Source: Candidatus Bipolaricaulota bacterium
Lineage (GTDB): Bacteria > Bipolaricaulota > Bipolaricaulia > RBG-16-55-9
Length of the DNA: 64,000 nt
NCBI GenBank assembly: GCA_026982655.1
Contig: JALSGO010000083.1
Coordinates: 30-64,029, forward strand
Reading direction: 5' to 3'
Each line of letters begins with the position of its first letter. Position 1 is the stretch's first letter. Positions 9,564 to 19,062 of this stretch are shown piece after piece. Both the position numbers and the translations under genes were made by a program. Below the pieces are notes generated by a model. The model was not told where the DNA came from. It did no database searches and worked only from the letters and a program-made list of their open reading frames with translations.

Positions 9564-10510
9564 CAAGGACTTCCCCCTTTCCTCCGCTCCGGTAAAGGAA
9601 GCGTCTTCCTCAAGAACGTCACGACGAGCTGGGTGGCGGGATCCTCCCTCCGGCCCAGGAACGCTACGATCGACCCGTGGTCCCGATCCGGGACCTCGGA
9701 GAGGTCCGCGTCCGCTCCTTGGGCGAGGAGGGCGCGATAGAAGACCTGCGCTTGGTGGCCCAACGTGGGGATATCGTACTGAGCGTACAAGATGAGAAAG
9801 GGAAACGGGGGAGGGTCGCCCTCCCGAGCGTACGTGAGGGGGGAAGCGTCTCGCCGGCGTTCGGGGTCGTTCCCGAAGACCTCGGCAAACCCGGGGACGG
9901 CGTTGAGGTCGTAGACGCCGCTGATGGGGATCACGCCGTCGAGGATCCGGGGGGAGAGCCCCTGCTCGCGGAGGTAGCGGTCGTCGAGGGCCAGCAGCGC
10001 GACGAGATGCCCCCCGGCCGAGTGGCCCATGAGGACGATCCGTTCGGGGTCTCCGCCGTAGTCGGCGATGCGGTTGTAGGTCCAGGCCACGGCGCGGGCG
10101 ACGTCCCGGACGTGCACCGGGTGCTGCACCTCGGGGCTCAGGCGGTAGTTGGGGATCACGGTCACGTACCCCTGGGAGGCGAAGGCATTCCCCAGGTAGC
10201 CATAGGTGCCCTTGTCGCCGCTCGTCCACCCCCCGCCGTGGACGAAGAGGAGCACCGGGGCCGCCTCCGCCCCCCGGAGGCGGTAGAGGTCCAGCGCGTT
10301 GCGCCGGGGATCCGCTCCGAACCCCTCGAAGTAGGGAAGGTCTTGGAGGACCTCTACCGCCGTCTCGGGCGAAAGGGGCTGTGCGTAAGGGATCAGCCCT
10401 CCCAGCAAGAGCAGAACCCAAGCTGCTCCTAGGTCCTGAAGCGTTCGGTGCCCACGCCGATCCCGATCCCGAGAGCGGTGCCGTCTCGGTCGTGCTGGGC
10501 GATCGATCAT
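9563..10510 (-). CDS. Alpha/beta hydrolase fold-3 esterase/lipase (paralog of 20373-21269)
   Basis: HGGGW oxyanion motif, GHSAGG nucleophile elbow, conserved Asp/His; GGAGG RBS before the chosen ATG. Confidence 0.75.
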   Translation of the reverse strand: MIDRPARPRRHRSRDRDRRGHRTLQDLGAAWVLLLLGGLIPYAQPLSPETAVEVLQDLPYFEGFGADPRRNALDLYRLRGAEAAPVLLFVHGGGWTSGDKGTYGYLGNAFASQGYVTVIPNYRLSPEVQHPVHVRDVARAVAWTYNRIADYGGDPERIVLMGHSAGGHLVALLALDDRYLREQGLSPRILDGVIPISGVYDLNAVPGFAEVFGNDPERRRDASPLTYAREGDPPPFPFLILYAQYDIPTLGHQAQVFYRALLAQGADADLSEVPDRDHGSIVAFLGRREDPATQLVVTFLRKTLPLPERRKGGSP

Positions 10511-10529
10511 GAGGGACCTCCTCGGGAGG

Positions 10530-11945
10530 TCAAAACTCCTCCCATACAAGGTCGGTCACCACAGGGAGGCCGTTCTCCAAGCGCTTGACCTCCGCGCGCT
10601 GGATGCGAACGCGAACCTCACCCGTCTGCGAGTCCCAGTCCAGAAGCTTGCGGTAGGCGTACGGGAACCCCCGGAAGAGCCGAACCACGAAGGCGATCTT
10701 CTCGCGCAAGACCGTCTTGCCCGTGAGCGATTCGATGCGCTGCGCTCGGCTCACCATCGCGGGGGTGTCTCGGGTGTACGCTTCGAAGGTCGAGGCGAAA
10801 TCTTCGAAGCGATTGACCATGGCGTAGTGGAGGATCCCTGCCCGGCGGGCTCCGGCATCGGCGTCTTGGATGGGATAGCGATCGGAGTCCTCGCCTGAGC
10901 GCCGATGGAGCTGTATCCAGCGCTGCTGCTCCGAGGGGGTGAAGAGGCGATCCTGGAGGACGTGGCCGATCTCGTGATAGGTGGTCTCGGCAAAGGCCTT
11001 GAGGTGCCGGAGGTTGGCGAAGAGCCGTACGGTGCCCACCCCTGTGTACATGCCGGCGATCTCTTCGCTCTCCGGCATGCGGATGAACTGTGCGATCGGG
11101 TTGCGTAAGGGGTCCGGCAGGCTGCGGAGGACGGCCAGCAGGATCGCGCAGTAGGGCTCCGTCAGCGGCTCGGCCCCCTCCCGCTCGCCGATGAAGAGGA
11201 GGAACTCCTCAAAGATCCGGGTGCAGCTCTCCTCCGGCTGGGGAGGAGGGGCGGCAAAGAGGTCCACCGTGTCCCCTTCTCGGACGGCAAGCACCGCGAT
11301 GTCGTACGCTTGGCCCGCGCTGCGGTTGTCCCAACCGCGGGAAGTCGACCGTTCGTCCACATAGATCCCCCAGGAGCGGATCCTCTGCAGGGAGGTTTCC
11401 CAGTTGTAGAAGGCGGCATTTCCCGCGAGGTCCACGTCTTGGGAGTTAAGGACGAAGAACCCTCCTTCCCGGTTCCTCTCCGCCGTGTTGTCGCGGAGAC
11501 GCACCCGCTGTGAGTCGACGACCTGGAAGCCCCGATCGCTGCCCGTGACCCGGCAGGCCTCCACGGTGACGTTCGCAACCCGCTCCAGCAGGATCCCTAC
11601 CTCCCGGGCGTTGAGCACCTCACAGCGGCGTAGGATCACATACGCATCCGTGTCGGAGAGGTGAACCCCCACGGAGGCTTCGGAGGCGTCGATGCGCCAA
11701 CCTTCGATCACGTAGGGATCCCTTTCGGTGCCCGATCCCCGCAGCACGCCGTTTCTCCCCGTGAACTCTTCGTTCCCTCGGATGACGATGGGCGCGTGGG
11801 ACCGGAGAGGGCGCTCCTCCCGAGCTTGGGCCCAGACCGAGGAGCCCAAGTCCTCGGCCGGGAGGGCCAGGATTCCCACTAGCAAAGCTCCCCACAGGAA
11901 CGCCCGGATCGTGGCCATCCCTCGGGGCTTCTCCTCCTGCAGCAT
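10530..11945 (-). CDS. Secreted right-handed parallel beta-helix repeat protein with C-terminal HExxH (zincin-like) motif
   Basis: Signal peptide; PbH1-like repeats (NAREVGILLERVANVTVEA..., DNTAERNREGGFFVLNS...); TYHEIGHVLQ motif; strong AAGGAGGAGGAG RBS before ATG at 11945. Confidence 0.55.
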   Translation of the reverse strand: MLQEEKPRGMATIRAFLWGALLVGILALPAEDLGSSVWAQAREERPLRSHAPIVIRGNEEFTGRNGVLRGSGTERDPYVIEGWRIDASEASVGVHLSDTDAYVILRRCEVLNAREVGILLERVANVTVEACRVTGSDRGFQVVDSQRVRLRDNTAERNREGGFFVLNSQDVDLAGNAAFYNWETSLQRIRSWGIYVDERSTSRGWDNRSAGQAYDIAVLAVREGDTVDLFAAPPPQPEESCTRIFEEFLLFIGEREGAEPLTEPYCAILLAVLRSLPDPLRNPIAQFIRMPESEEIAGMYTGVGTVRLFANLRHLKAFAETTYHEIGHVLQDRLFTPSEQQRWIQLHRRSGEDSDRYPIQDADAGARRAGILHYAMVNRFEDFASTFEAYTRDTPAMVSRAQRIESLTGKTVLREKIAFVVRLFRGFPYAYRKLLDWDSQTGEVRVRIQRAEVKRLENGLPVVTDLVWEEF

Positions 11946-12153
11946 GCGGTGCTCCTCCTCCTTGCTTGCGTCGCCGGAAGTTGAAACAGGGGCGCTGCGG
12001 TAGATTCTGCCCTCCCAAGGGAGCGCACGCAACCCGTACCCTCCCCCCGGGGGGGCCAGGCTGTCGCGGGCGAGGCAGCCGTCCTTGTCTGCTCGACAAA
12101 GGTCGGGTATACCCAATCATCCGGTGGAACGGGCAAGGAAGGGAGGCGTCTCA

Positions 12154-12585
12154 ATGCTGGCTAAAGTGTTTGGGCAACCCGACGACGTAGCGTTGTTTCT
12201 CGGGCGGGTCATCCTCGGGGTGATCTTCTTTGCCCACGGGTATCAGAAGTTCTTCGACATCGGGGTGGAGAACGTCGCGTCCTTCTTCGCATCGATAGGG
12301 ATTCCGGCCCCCCTGTTCTTTGCCTGGGGGGTCTCGTTGGTGGAGCTCCTGGGCGGAGCGGCGCTGGTGGTGGGGGTCTTTACCCGCTGGGCGGCGTTGG
12401 GCGTTGCGATCATCCTGGTGGTGGCTACCCTCACCGTGAAGTTGCCTGTGGGACTCATCGCGCCCCCGGGGAAGGGAGCCGGCTACGAGCTCGACCTGGC
12501 CCTTTTGGGGCTGGCTTTGATCTTCCTCCTCGTCGGGCCCGGGCGCCTCTCTCTGGAGAAGGGCGTGCTCCGGAGGGAGATGTAG
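12154..12585 (+). CDS. DoxX family membrane protein
   Basis: Four-TM protein with FAHGYQKF motif typical of DoxX; AAGGAAGGGAGG RBS. Confidence 0.7.
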   Translation: MLAKVFGQPDDVALFLGRVILGVIFFAHGYQKFFDIGVENVASFFASIGIPAPLFFAWGVSLVELLGGAALVVGVFTRWAALGVAIILVVATLTVKLPVGLIAPPGKGAGYELDLALLGLALIFLLVGPGRLSLEKGVLRREM

Positions 12586-12795
12586 CCTCCCTCGGGTCCT
12601 TGCCGGACGGAAGGGGCTCCGGTATGCTGAACGGGGTCGGCTCGAGAGGCCCTGCCCGACTCGGCGGTGCGACGGATGCCAGGCTGGGGAGGGGGGAGGA
12701 GGGGAGCCCTTTCAGCAAGACCGACGTCGATACGGGACCGGGGGAGGATCGGATCGAAGGGGTGGGAGAAGGGGTGGGATAGGAGAGGCAGGATC

Positions 12796-13866
12796 ATGCG
12801 GGAACGGAGATCGGAAGAGATCGAGGAGAGCCGGAGCGAGAGGGAAGCGGCAGCAGAAGCCGGAGCAGGCGCGGAGGAGGCTTTTGTCTCCTCGGGGTCT
12901 GACCTCGCCCCCGACCCCGATCCTGCCCTGGAGGGGAGCTGGGGCCCCTTGGGGGAGTGGGAAGAGGGAGAAGGGGAAGGGGATCGAGCCGAGGAGGGGA
13001 GCGCCCCGCCTGCGGAAGGAGGATCGGGAGGCCGGGAGGATCCGATCCAAACCTACCTCCGGGAGATCGGCCGCATCCCGCTGCTGACGGCGGAGGAGGA
13101 GAAGGAGTTGGCCCGTCGCGCCCGTGCCGGGGACGAGGAAGCCAAGGCGAAGCTCGCCGCGGCCAACCTGCGCCTGGTGGTCTCCATCGCCAAGCGCTAC
13201 ACCGGACTGGGGCTCCCCCTGCTCGATTTGATCCAAGAGGGGAACGTGGGCCTGATGCGGGCCGTAGAGAAGTTTGACCCCGAGCGGGGATACAAGTTCA
13301 GCACCTACGCCACGTGGTGGATTCGTCAGGCCATCACGCGGGCCCTAACGCAGACTGCTCGATCCATCCGCCTCCCGGAGTCCCTCCTGCAGCGGTTGCG
13401 CAAGATCCAGGAAGCCGAGTCGGAGTGGCTCCAGGAGTACGGCGAGCTCCCCACGGACGAGGAGCTGGCGGAAGTGCTGGGGATGCCCGTTGAACAGATC
13501 CAAGAGGCCCGTCAGGCCCCGCAGTACACCCCCTCCCTCGATCAGCCCTTGGACGAAGAGGAGGACGGGGACGAGCTGGAGCAGCTCATCGGCAACGGGA
13601 GCCTCCCCTCCCCGCTGCGCACCGCCTTGAAGGAGCTGCGTCGCGAGGAGCTGCTCAAAGCTTTGGAATCGTTGAGTGAACGGGAGCGCAAGGTCCTCTC
13701 GCTGCGGTACGGTCTGGAGGACGACCAGCCCCGCACCCTCGAGGAGACCGGACGCATCCTGGGGATCAGCCGCGAGCGGGTCCGCCAGATCCAGAACGAA
13801 GCGCTGGAGAAGCTGCGCCAGCCCAAGATCCGCAAACGCTTGGAGAAGTTCCTCGACTTCACGTGA
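12796..13866 (+). CDS. RNA polymerase sigma factor, sigma-70 family (RpoD/SigA-like), acidic low-complexity N-terminus
   Basis: Regions 1.2 ([17 protein letters not shown]), 2 ([17 protein letters not shown]), 3 and 4 ([16 protein letters not shown]) clearly present. Confidence 0.85.
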   Translation: MRERRSEEIEESRSEREAAAEAGAGAEEAFVSSGSDLAPDPDPALEGSWGPLGEWEEGEGEGDRAEEGSAPPAEGGSGGREDPIQTYLREIGRIPLLTAEEEKELARRARAGDEEAKAKLAAANLRLVVSIAKRYTGLGLPLLDLIQEGNVGLMRAVEKFDPERGYKFSTYATWWIRQAITRALTQTARSIRLPESLLQRLRKIQEAESEWLQEYGELPTDEELAEVLGMPVEQIQEARQAPQYTPSLDQPLDEEEDGDELEQLIGNGSLPSPLRTALKELRREELLKALESLSERERKVLSLRYGLEDDQPRTLEETGRILGISRERVRQIQNEALEKLRQPKIRKRLEKFLDFT

Positions 13867-14107
13867 GGGGCGACGCTCCGGCCCCAGGCGCGGCGGAAAG
13901 CGAATCCCCTCCCTGGCGCCCTGAGGATGGAGGCCTCGAAATCCCATCCTCTCCTTCCCTGTGTCCGTTGCCCCCGGACAGGTGCTCTGCTATACTCCGT
14001 CTAACCGTGTCGTACCGTGACGTGCGTGCTGCACCGAAGGGCGTCGGGCGGAGACCCGGAGTGCAAGACGAAGGAGAAGGAGTAGTAAAGGGAGAAGGAG
14101 GAAGCGT

Positions 14108-14368
14108 ATGGCCTTTGTCATCGCGGAGCCCTGTGTGAACACCAAGTCGGGCGAGTGCCTCCAAGTCTGTCCGGTGGATTGCATCCACCCGCGTCCGGAT
14201 GAGCCCGGATACGACGAGGCCCCCCAGCTGTACATCGACCCACAGACCTGCATCAACTGCGGCGCGTGCGCGTCCGTCTGCCCGGTGGAGGCGATCTTCC
14301 CCGAGGAGGACCTCCCCGAGGAGTGGCGCAAGTACATCGAGATCAACGCGCAGTACTATCAGAAGTGA
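14108..14368 (+). CDS. Ferredoxin (7Fe/4Fe-4S type)
   Basis: CxxSGEC...CP and CINCGACASVCP cysteine clusters; AGGAGG RBS. Confidence 0.8.
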   Translation: MAFVIAEPCVNTKSGECLQVCPVDCIHPRPDEPGYDEAPQLYIDPQTCINCGACASVCPVEAIFPEEDLPEEWRKYIEINAQYYQK

Positions 14369-14437
14369 CCCGCACGGAACGGAACGGGTCGTCTCCGCCT
14401 CCTCCAGGCCGTTCGGCGGTCCTGAAGGGCTTTCCTT

Positions 14438-15256
14438 TCAAGGGTCGAGGGCCGGATCCTTGGGAGGGCTCTGCCCCGTTCGGGGGACGAAGAGACGGAT
14501 CAACCCCATCCCGGCCAGGAATCCCCCGATATGGGCGATCCAAGCGACCCCGCCGCCGGCTCCGGATCCGGCCAGGGAAGCGTTCAGGAGCTGGAACAGG
14601 AACCAAAAGCCCAGGAAATACAGAGCCGGAAGCCGGAGGAGGCGCACGAAGTAGAAGAACCACAAGAGGGTGAGGACCCTTCCCCGAGGGTAGAGGACTA
14701 GGTAGGCCCCCAGCACGCCGGAGACGGCTCCCGAGGCACCGATCATCGGCACCGTCGAAGTAGGGTCTGCGGCGATCTGCGCTCCGGCGGCCGCCAATCC
14801 GCTTAGGAGATAGAAGAGAACAAAGCGAACCTTCCCCATCGCGTCTTCCACGTTGTCTGCAAAGACCCAAAGGTACCACATGTTCCCCACCAGATGGAGT
14901 ATGCTTCCGTGAAGAAACATAGAGGTGAATAGAGTCATCCAGAGGGGGAACTCGACGGGCGGGAAGGGCGAACAGCTCCCCAGCACCTCGCAGGGGGAGA
15001 GGCCGTAGGTGTAGAGGAAGAGCATCTCTCGGCTGAGATAAGCACCATGCCCTCCTCCGAGCTCAACCCAAACCCTACGATCGCCCAGGAGAAAGGCCTG
15101 ATAGAGGTAGATGAGGACGTCGATCGCGATGATCGTGACGGTCACCCCGGGGAAGGTGCGGCTGGGCCGGTAATCGCGCAGGGGGAAGAACACCGAGCAT
15201 CGCCTCGCTCTCCGGAAAGTCGGGCCCACTCTACCGCTTGGGGGAAAGCGCTGCAA
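14438..15256 (-). CDS. Rhomboid family intramembrane serine protease
   Basis: GASGAVSGVLGAY (GxSG) and downstream His-containing TM helices; multiple TM segments; start codon uncertain. Confidence 0.65.
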   Translation of the reverse strand: MQRFPPSGRVGPTFRRARRCSVFFPLRDYRPSRTFPGVTVTIIAIDVLIYLYQAFLLGDRRVWVELGGGHGAYLSREMLFLYTYGLSPCEVLGSCSPFPPVEFPLWMTLFTSMFLHGSILHLVGNMWYLWVFADNVEDAMGKVRFVLFYLLSGLAAAGAQIAADPTSTVPMIGASGAVSGVLGAYLVLYPRGRVLTLLWFFYFVRLLRLPALYFLGFWFLFQLLNASLAGSGAGGGVAWIAHIGGFLAGMGLIRLFVPRTGQSPPKDPALDP

Positions 15257-15294
15257 CTCCGCTCCGTTTGAGTTCGCGGAGGCGCGGGCCTACA

Positions 15295-15702
15295 ATGATA
15301 ACGATGCGCTCCTCAAAGCTTCTTGCGTTCTTCGCGCGCTGGGTGGCCGGGACCCTGGCCATCTACGCCGTGGCTTGGCTTCTGCCGGGCATCGTGGTGG
15401 AGGACTTCGCCGCGGCGATCTGGGCCGGGCTGGCGTTGGGGCTCCTCAACGCTTTCCTACGCCCGCTGTTGATCTTCTTCACCCTCCCGGCCACGATCGT
15501 GACGTTGGGGCTGTTTATCCTGGTGATCAACGCGTTCATCCTCTATTTGGTGGGGGAGCTGGTGGCGGGCGTGGAGATCCGCGGCTTCGGCTCCGCGTTC
15601 CTGGGGGCGCTCCTCATCAGCCTCCTGAGCAGCGTCCTCTACGCCCTCATCGGACCGGAAGAATATCGTGTGCGGGTGGAACTTCGACGGGGACCCCGAT
15701 GA
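15295..15702 (+). CDS. Phage holin family (PF04020-like) small membrane protein
   Basis: WLLPGIVVEDF...LGLLNAFLRPLL signature; four TM segments; ~135 aa. Confidence 0.55.
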   Translation: MITMRSSKLLAFFARWVAGTLAIYAVAWLLPGIVVEDFAAAIWAGLALGLLNAFLRPLLIFFTLPATIVTLGLFILVINAFILYLVGELVAGVEIRGFGSAFLGALLISLLSSVLYALIGPEEYRVRVELRRGPR

Positions 15703-15977
15703 AGAGGAAGACGAGGGTGAAGGTCTTCTCCCTTCGGCGCTATGTCGAGGAAGCGCTGAAAAGGGCTTGCTACGAGGTCGACGAGAACGGCGTGGTGATC
15801 GCCAAGGTGCCGGATGCGTCCGGGTTCTTCGCCCAAGGGGAGACGTTCGAGGAGGCCCGGGAGAACCTGCGCGACGTCATTGAGGGAAACGTCATACTGG
15901 CCTTGCAGTTGGGGCTGGAGATCCCCCAGGTCTCCGGCGTCAAGATCGAAGAGCGCGAGGTTCCTATCGAGTCGTGA
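15699..15977 (+). CDS. hicB: Type II toxin-antitoxin system antitoxin, HicB family
   Basis: HicB-like RNase H fold signature (GVVIAKVPDASGFFAQGETFEEARENLRDVIE); start overlaps the upstream stop (GATGA); followed by hicA. Confidence 0.7.
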   Translation: MKRKTRVKVFSLRRYVEEALKRACYEVDENGVVIAKVPDASGFFAQGETFEEARENLRDVIEGNVILALQLGLEIPQVSGVKIEEREVPIES

Positions 15978-15984
15978 GGGGCGG

Positions 15985-16209
15985 ATGGCCAAGCTCACCC
16001 CTCTCAAGCCCCGGCAGGTGATTCAAAAGCTGAGGAAGCTCGGCTACGTCGGTCCCTTCCCCGGCGGACGCCATCGCAGAATGGTACACCCGGAGTCGGG
16101 CAAGATCATTCCCATCCCCATGCACAGGGGGAAGGATGTGAGCGTAGGCCTCATCCGCGAGATCCTCCGCGAACTCGGCATCTCGCGTGAGGAGTGGCTG
16201 GACCTATAG
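15985..16209 (+). CDS. hicA: Type II toxin-antitoxin system toxin, HicA family (mRNA interferase)
   Basis: KPRQVIQKLRKLGYV...GGRHRRMVHPESGKIIPIPMH, typical HicA dsRBD-like toxin. Confidence 0.75.
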   Translation: MAKLTPLKPRQVIQKLRKLGYVGPFPGGRHRRMVHPESGKIIPIPMHRGKDVSVGLIREILRELGISREEWLDL

Positions 16210-16273
16210 CTTCTCCTTCCCTGCTTGCAAGGCGGCTGGCGGACCGGAAGGTCGCAGGCAGGAGGAACTGGAC

Positions 16274-17230
16274 CTATAGCTCCAGCTCCTTCCCCACCCC
16301 CTGCTCCCGGGCCTTCCGGAAGAGGTGTGCCCCTACGGCGACGTCCTCCAGCGCGATCCCCTGGGACTCGAAGAGGGTGATCTCCTCGGCCTGAAGCCTT
16401 CCGGGGACGATCCCCGCCACCACGTCCTTGAGCTCACGGACCTGCTCCCAGCGCAGCACCCCCCGTTCGACCGCGGGGAGGAGGTCCCCGCACTCGACCC
16501 GGGCCTGCTCGAGGTCGTCCACCACCACGCGATTCGCCCGGCGGACGGCCTCGGTGTCCAGCTCGCGCCGGAGCCAGTGGTTCGAGCCCGCCGCCAGCAC
16601 GCACGTCCCCGGGGCGAGCCACTCCCCCCGGAGGACGGGCTCACGGGCCGAGGTGATCGTGATCACGATGTCCGCGCCCTCCACGGCCTCCCGCGCGTCG
16701 TCCACGGGTCGGATCTCCACACCCAGATGTTGGCCCATGCGCTCGGCGAAGGCCCGGCGGCGCTCGGGGGTGCGGCTGTAGACCCGGACGCGCTCGACGG
16801 GGCGGACCCGGCAGACGGCCTCCAACTGGGTCTCCGCTTGGTAGCCCGCGCCCAGAAGGCCCACGACCCAGGAGTCCTCTCGGGCCAAGTATTTGGCGGC
16901 CACCCCGGAGGCCGCGCCCGTGCGCACCTGCCCCAGGCGGTCGGCCTCCATCAAGGCCAAGACCTCCCCGGTCTCCGCGCCGAAGAGCACCACGAGGAAG
17001 CGGGCCCGGTGGCCCGCGACGGTGGAGTAGGACTTAAAGCCCATCACGCGCTCGTCGAGGGCCGCCGCGGGCATCAGGTGCAGAAAGCCGTGGGGCACCC
17101 GCACGCGCATCCGGGGACGGTTCACCGCCCTCCCCTCCCCCCAGCTGCGAAACGCCTCCTCCACGGCTCGGAGGGCGTCGTCCAGGGTGAGCAGCCTCTC
17201 CACATCGGATTCTCGAAGGAAAAGGGCCAT
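16274..17230 (-). CDS. Ornithine cyclodeaminase/mu-crystallin family protein
   Basis: Rossmann motif LGAGYQA and overall OCD-family similarity across 318 aa. Confidence 0.75.
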   Translation of the reverse strand: MALFLRESDVERLLTLDDALRAVEEAFRSWGEGRAVNRPRMRVRVPHGFLHLMPAAALDERVMGFKSYSTVAGHRARFLVVLFGAETGEVLALMEADRLGQVRTGAASGVAAKYLAREDSWVVGLLGAGYQAETQLEAVCRVRPVERVRVYSRTPERRRAFAERMGQHLGVEIRPVDDAREAVEGADIVITITSAREPVLRGEWLAPGTCVLAAGSNHWLRRELDTEAVRRANRVVVDDLEQARVECGDLLPAVERGVLRWEQVRELKDVVAGIVPGRLQAEEITLFESQGIALEDVAVGAHLFRKAREQGVGKELEL

Positions 17231-17261
17231 GCGAGTCCTCCTTTCTCATCCCAAGCCTTAC

Positions 17262-18533
17262 TTACGGTTGCTTCCGTAGCGCGGGGAAGACCCACGCGCC
17301 CACGAGGCCCGAGAGCGCCCCGCCCGCGCCCGCCAGCCCGAAGAGCCACGGCGCCTCCAACGCCTCGCCCAAGGCCCCCGTAGCAAACGACGAGAGGGCC
17401 ATAAACCCCACCACGGTAAGGTTCACCAGCGCGAAGACCCGCCCCAGGCGCTCCGGGGGCACAAGTTCTTGAATGAGCGACGTTCGGGTCACGGTGATGA
17501 GCGGGATGAACAGCCCGTGAAACGCGATCAGCGCCAAGCTCAGCCCGTAGGAGCGCACGTCCCCGCTCAGAAACGCCAGAAAGGGCAAATAGGTCGCCCC
17601 GTCCATCGCGATCCCGAGCAGCAGCAACTTCCCCTTGGGGAGGCGCTTGCCGTAGCGGAGCATCCCCAGCGTCCCCAGGAGCCACCCCGCCGCCAGCGCC
17701 GCCTGGAAGAACGCCAGGTGTCGGGCCTCCAGCTCGAGGGTTTGCTTGACGAAGAGGTTGGCCCCCACCACCGCCGGGCCCATGATGAAGAGGTTATCGA
17801 TGGCCGTGAGCAGCAGCAGCCCCCGCAGCACGGGCGAGCCCCACGCATACCGCAGCCCCTCGACGGCCTCCCGCCACGCCGAGGGCACCTCTCGTCGACG
17901 GCTCCCCAGGGGCGGCTCGTCCACCCGGATGAGCCAGACGCACAGGAACGAGACGAAGAAGGTGAGCCCGTCCAGCACCAGAAGCCGGATCATCGGGAGC
18001 ACCTCGTCCTCGCCCGCGCCTCCTCCGCTTCCCGTCTGCACGCTGAGCAGAACCCCGGCCAAGAGCGTCCCCGTGATCATCGCCAGCTGCGTCGAGGTCT
18101 GGACCCAGGCGTTCGCCTGCACCAGGCGCTCCTTCCCTACTAAAGAGGGGATCAGCGCGTCGCGGGCCGGGTTGAAGAGCGTGGAGAACGTCGAGAGCAG
18201 GAACGCGATCGCTCCCAAGGAGACCCAGCTCAGCCACCCCAGCGCCCAGAGCAGGGGCACCGCAAAGAGCAGAAGCCCCCGGGCGGCGTCGGAGAGGAGC
18301 ATCATCGTCCGGCGGCGGTAGCGGTCCACCAACGATCCGGCCAGGAGCCCGAACAACAAGAAGGGCAGCGTCTCCAAGGTGCTGACCGTCCCGGCCTTGA
18401 GCGCGCCCTGGGCGGGCTCGATCGTGAGGATCAAGAAGAGGACCGTGGCCTGAAACAGGAAATCCCCCGTCTGGGAGATGAACTGCCCGGCCCAAAGCAG
18501 CACCAAATTGCGGCTCTCCCGGAGGGCGATCAT
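17262..18533 (-). CDS. MFS transporter
   Basis: 12 predicted TM helices, MFS loop motif (LVDRYRRR). Confidence 0.7.
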   Translation of the reverse strand: MIALRESRNLVLLWAGQFISQTGDFLFQATVLFLILTIEPAQGALKAGTVSTLETLPFLLFGLLAGSLVDRYRRRTMMLLSDAARGLLLFAVPLLWALGWLSWVSLGAIAFLLSTFSTLFNPARDALIPSLVGKERLVQANAWVQTSTQLAMITGTLLAGVLLSVQTGSGGGAGEDEVLPMIRLLVLDGLTFFVSFLCVWLIRVDEPPLGSRRREVPSAWREAVEGLRYAWGSPVLRGLLLLTAIDNLFIMGPAVVGANLFVKQTLELEARHLAFFQAALAAGWLLGTLGMLRYGKRLPKGKLLLLGIAMDGATYLPFLAFLSGDVRSYGLSLALIAFHGLFIPLITVTRTSLIQELVPPERLGRVFALVNLTVVGFMALSSFATGALGEALEAPWLFGLAGAGGALSGLVGAWVFPALRKQP

Positions 18534-18555
18534 CGATCTAGGATCTAGACGTTAT

Positions 18556-19047
18556 CTAGACGTCCACGCGCTCGGCCTCGTGGGTTTCGGTGTCGTAGAG
18601 CGCGAAGGTGGAAGCCCCGAAGCGACCCATCACTTCCCCGGGGTTGATCAACAACGCGTTCCCCTCGCGCGAGAGGTGGAAGCGATGGTCGTGCCCGTAG
18701 CAGACGACGTCGTACTGCCCGGACTTCGCCAGGGCGCGCCCGATCTCGGGGAAGTGGGTCACCGCAAAGCGCTTCCCCCCTAACGAGAGCTCCGCGAACT
18801 CGCCGTGCAGCTTGACGTGCTCATAGCGCAGGGCCTGCTGCGCGATGCGGAAGGGGTCCCCGTCGTTGTTCCCGAAGACGATGTGGATCTCGCCCGAGAA
18901 GCCCTCGGCCAGCTGCGGAACGACGAAGGGCGCGCACAAGTCGCCGCAGCAGATCAGCGCTTCTGCGCCCCGCTTCCCGATCTCCTTCAGAACCTCCGAG
19001 AGCTTCCAGATGTTATCGTGGATGTCGGAGAGAATGACGATCTTCAC
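18556..19047 (-). CDS. Metallophosphoesterase (YfcE/MJ0936-like phosphodiesterase)
   Basis: MKIVILSDIHDN...CCGDL...GHDH motifs of the calcineurin-like fold. Confidence 0.75.
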   Translation of the reverse strand: MKIVILSDIHDNIWKLSEVLKEIGKRGAEALICCGDLCAPFVVPQLAEGFSGEIHIVFGNNDGDPFRIAQQALRYEHVKLHGEFAELSLGGKRFAVTHFPEIGRALAKSGQYDVVCYGHDHRFHLSREGNALLINPGEVMGRFGASTFALYDTETHEAERVDV

Positions 19048-19062
19048 GCCCTCACCTCCCCT

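Noticed and set aside
9677-10432. 251-aa plus-strand ORF, and its identical twin 20244-21029 on the minus strand
   Set aside because: Both are antisense shadows of the duplicated esterase segments. Their identity reflects the nucleotide-level duplication rather than independent coding.
12586-12795. Possible riboswitch or sRNA in the 210-nt leader of the sigma-70 gene and the 240-nt region 13867-14107
   Set aside because: No recognisable conserved riboswitch core or terminator/antiterminator pair could be discerned by eye. A covariance-model scan would be needed.
14369-14437. Bidirectional terminator between the convergent ferredoxin and rhomboid genes
   Set aside because: Only weak, imperfect inverted repeats are present and there is no U-tract, so no call was made.
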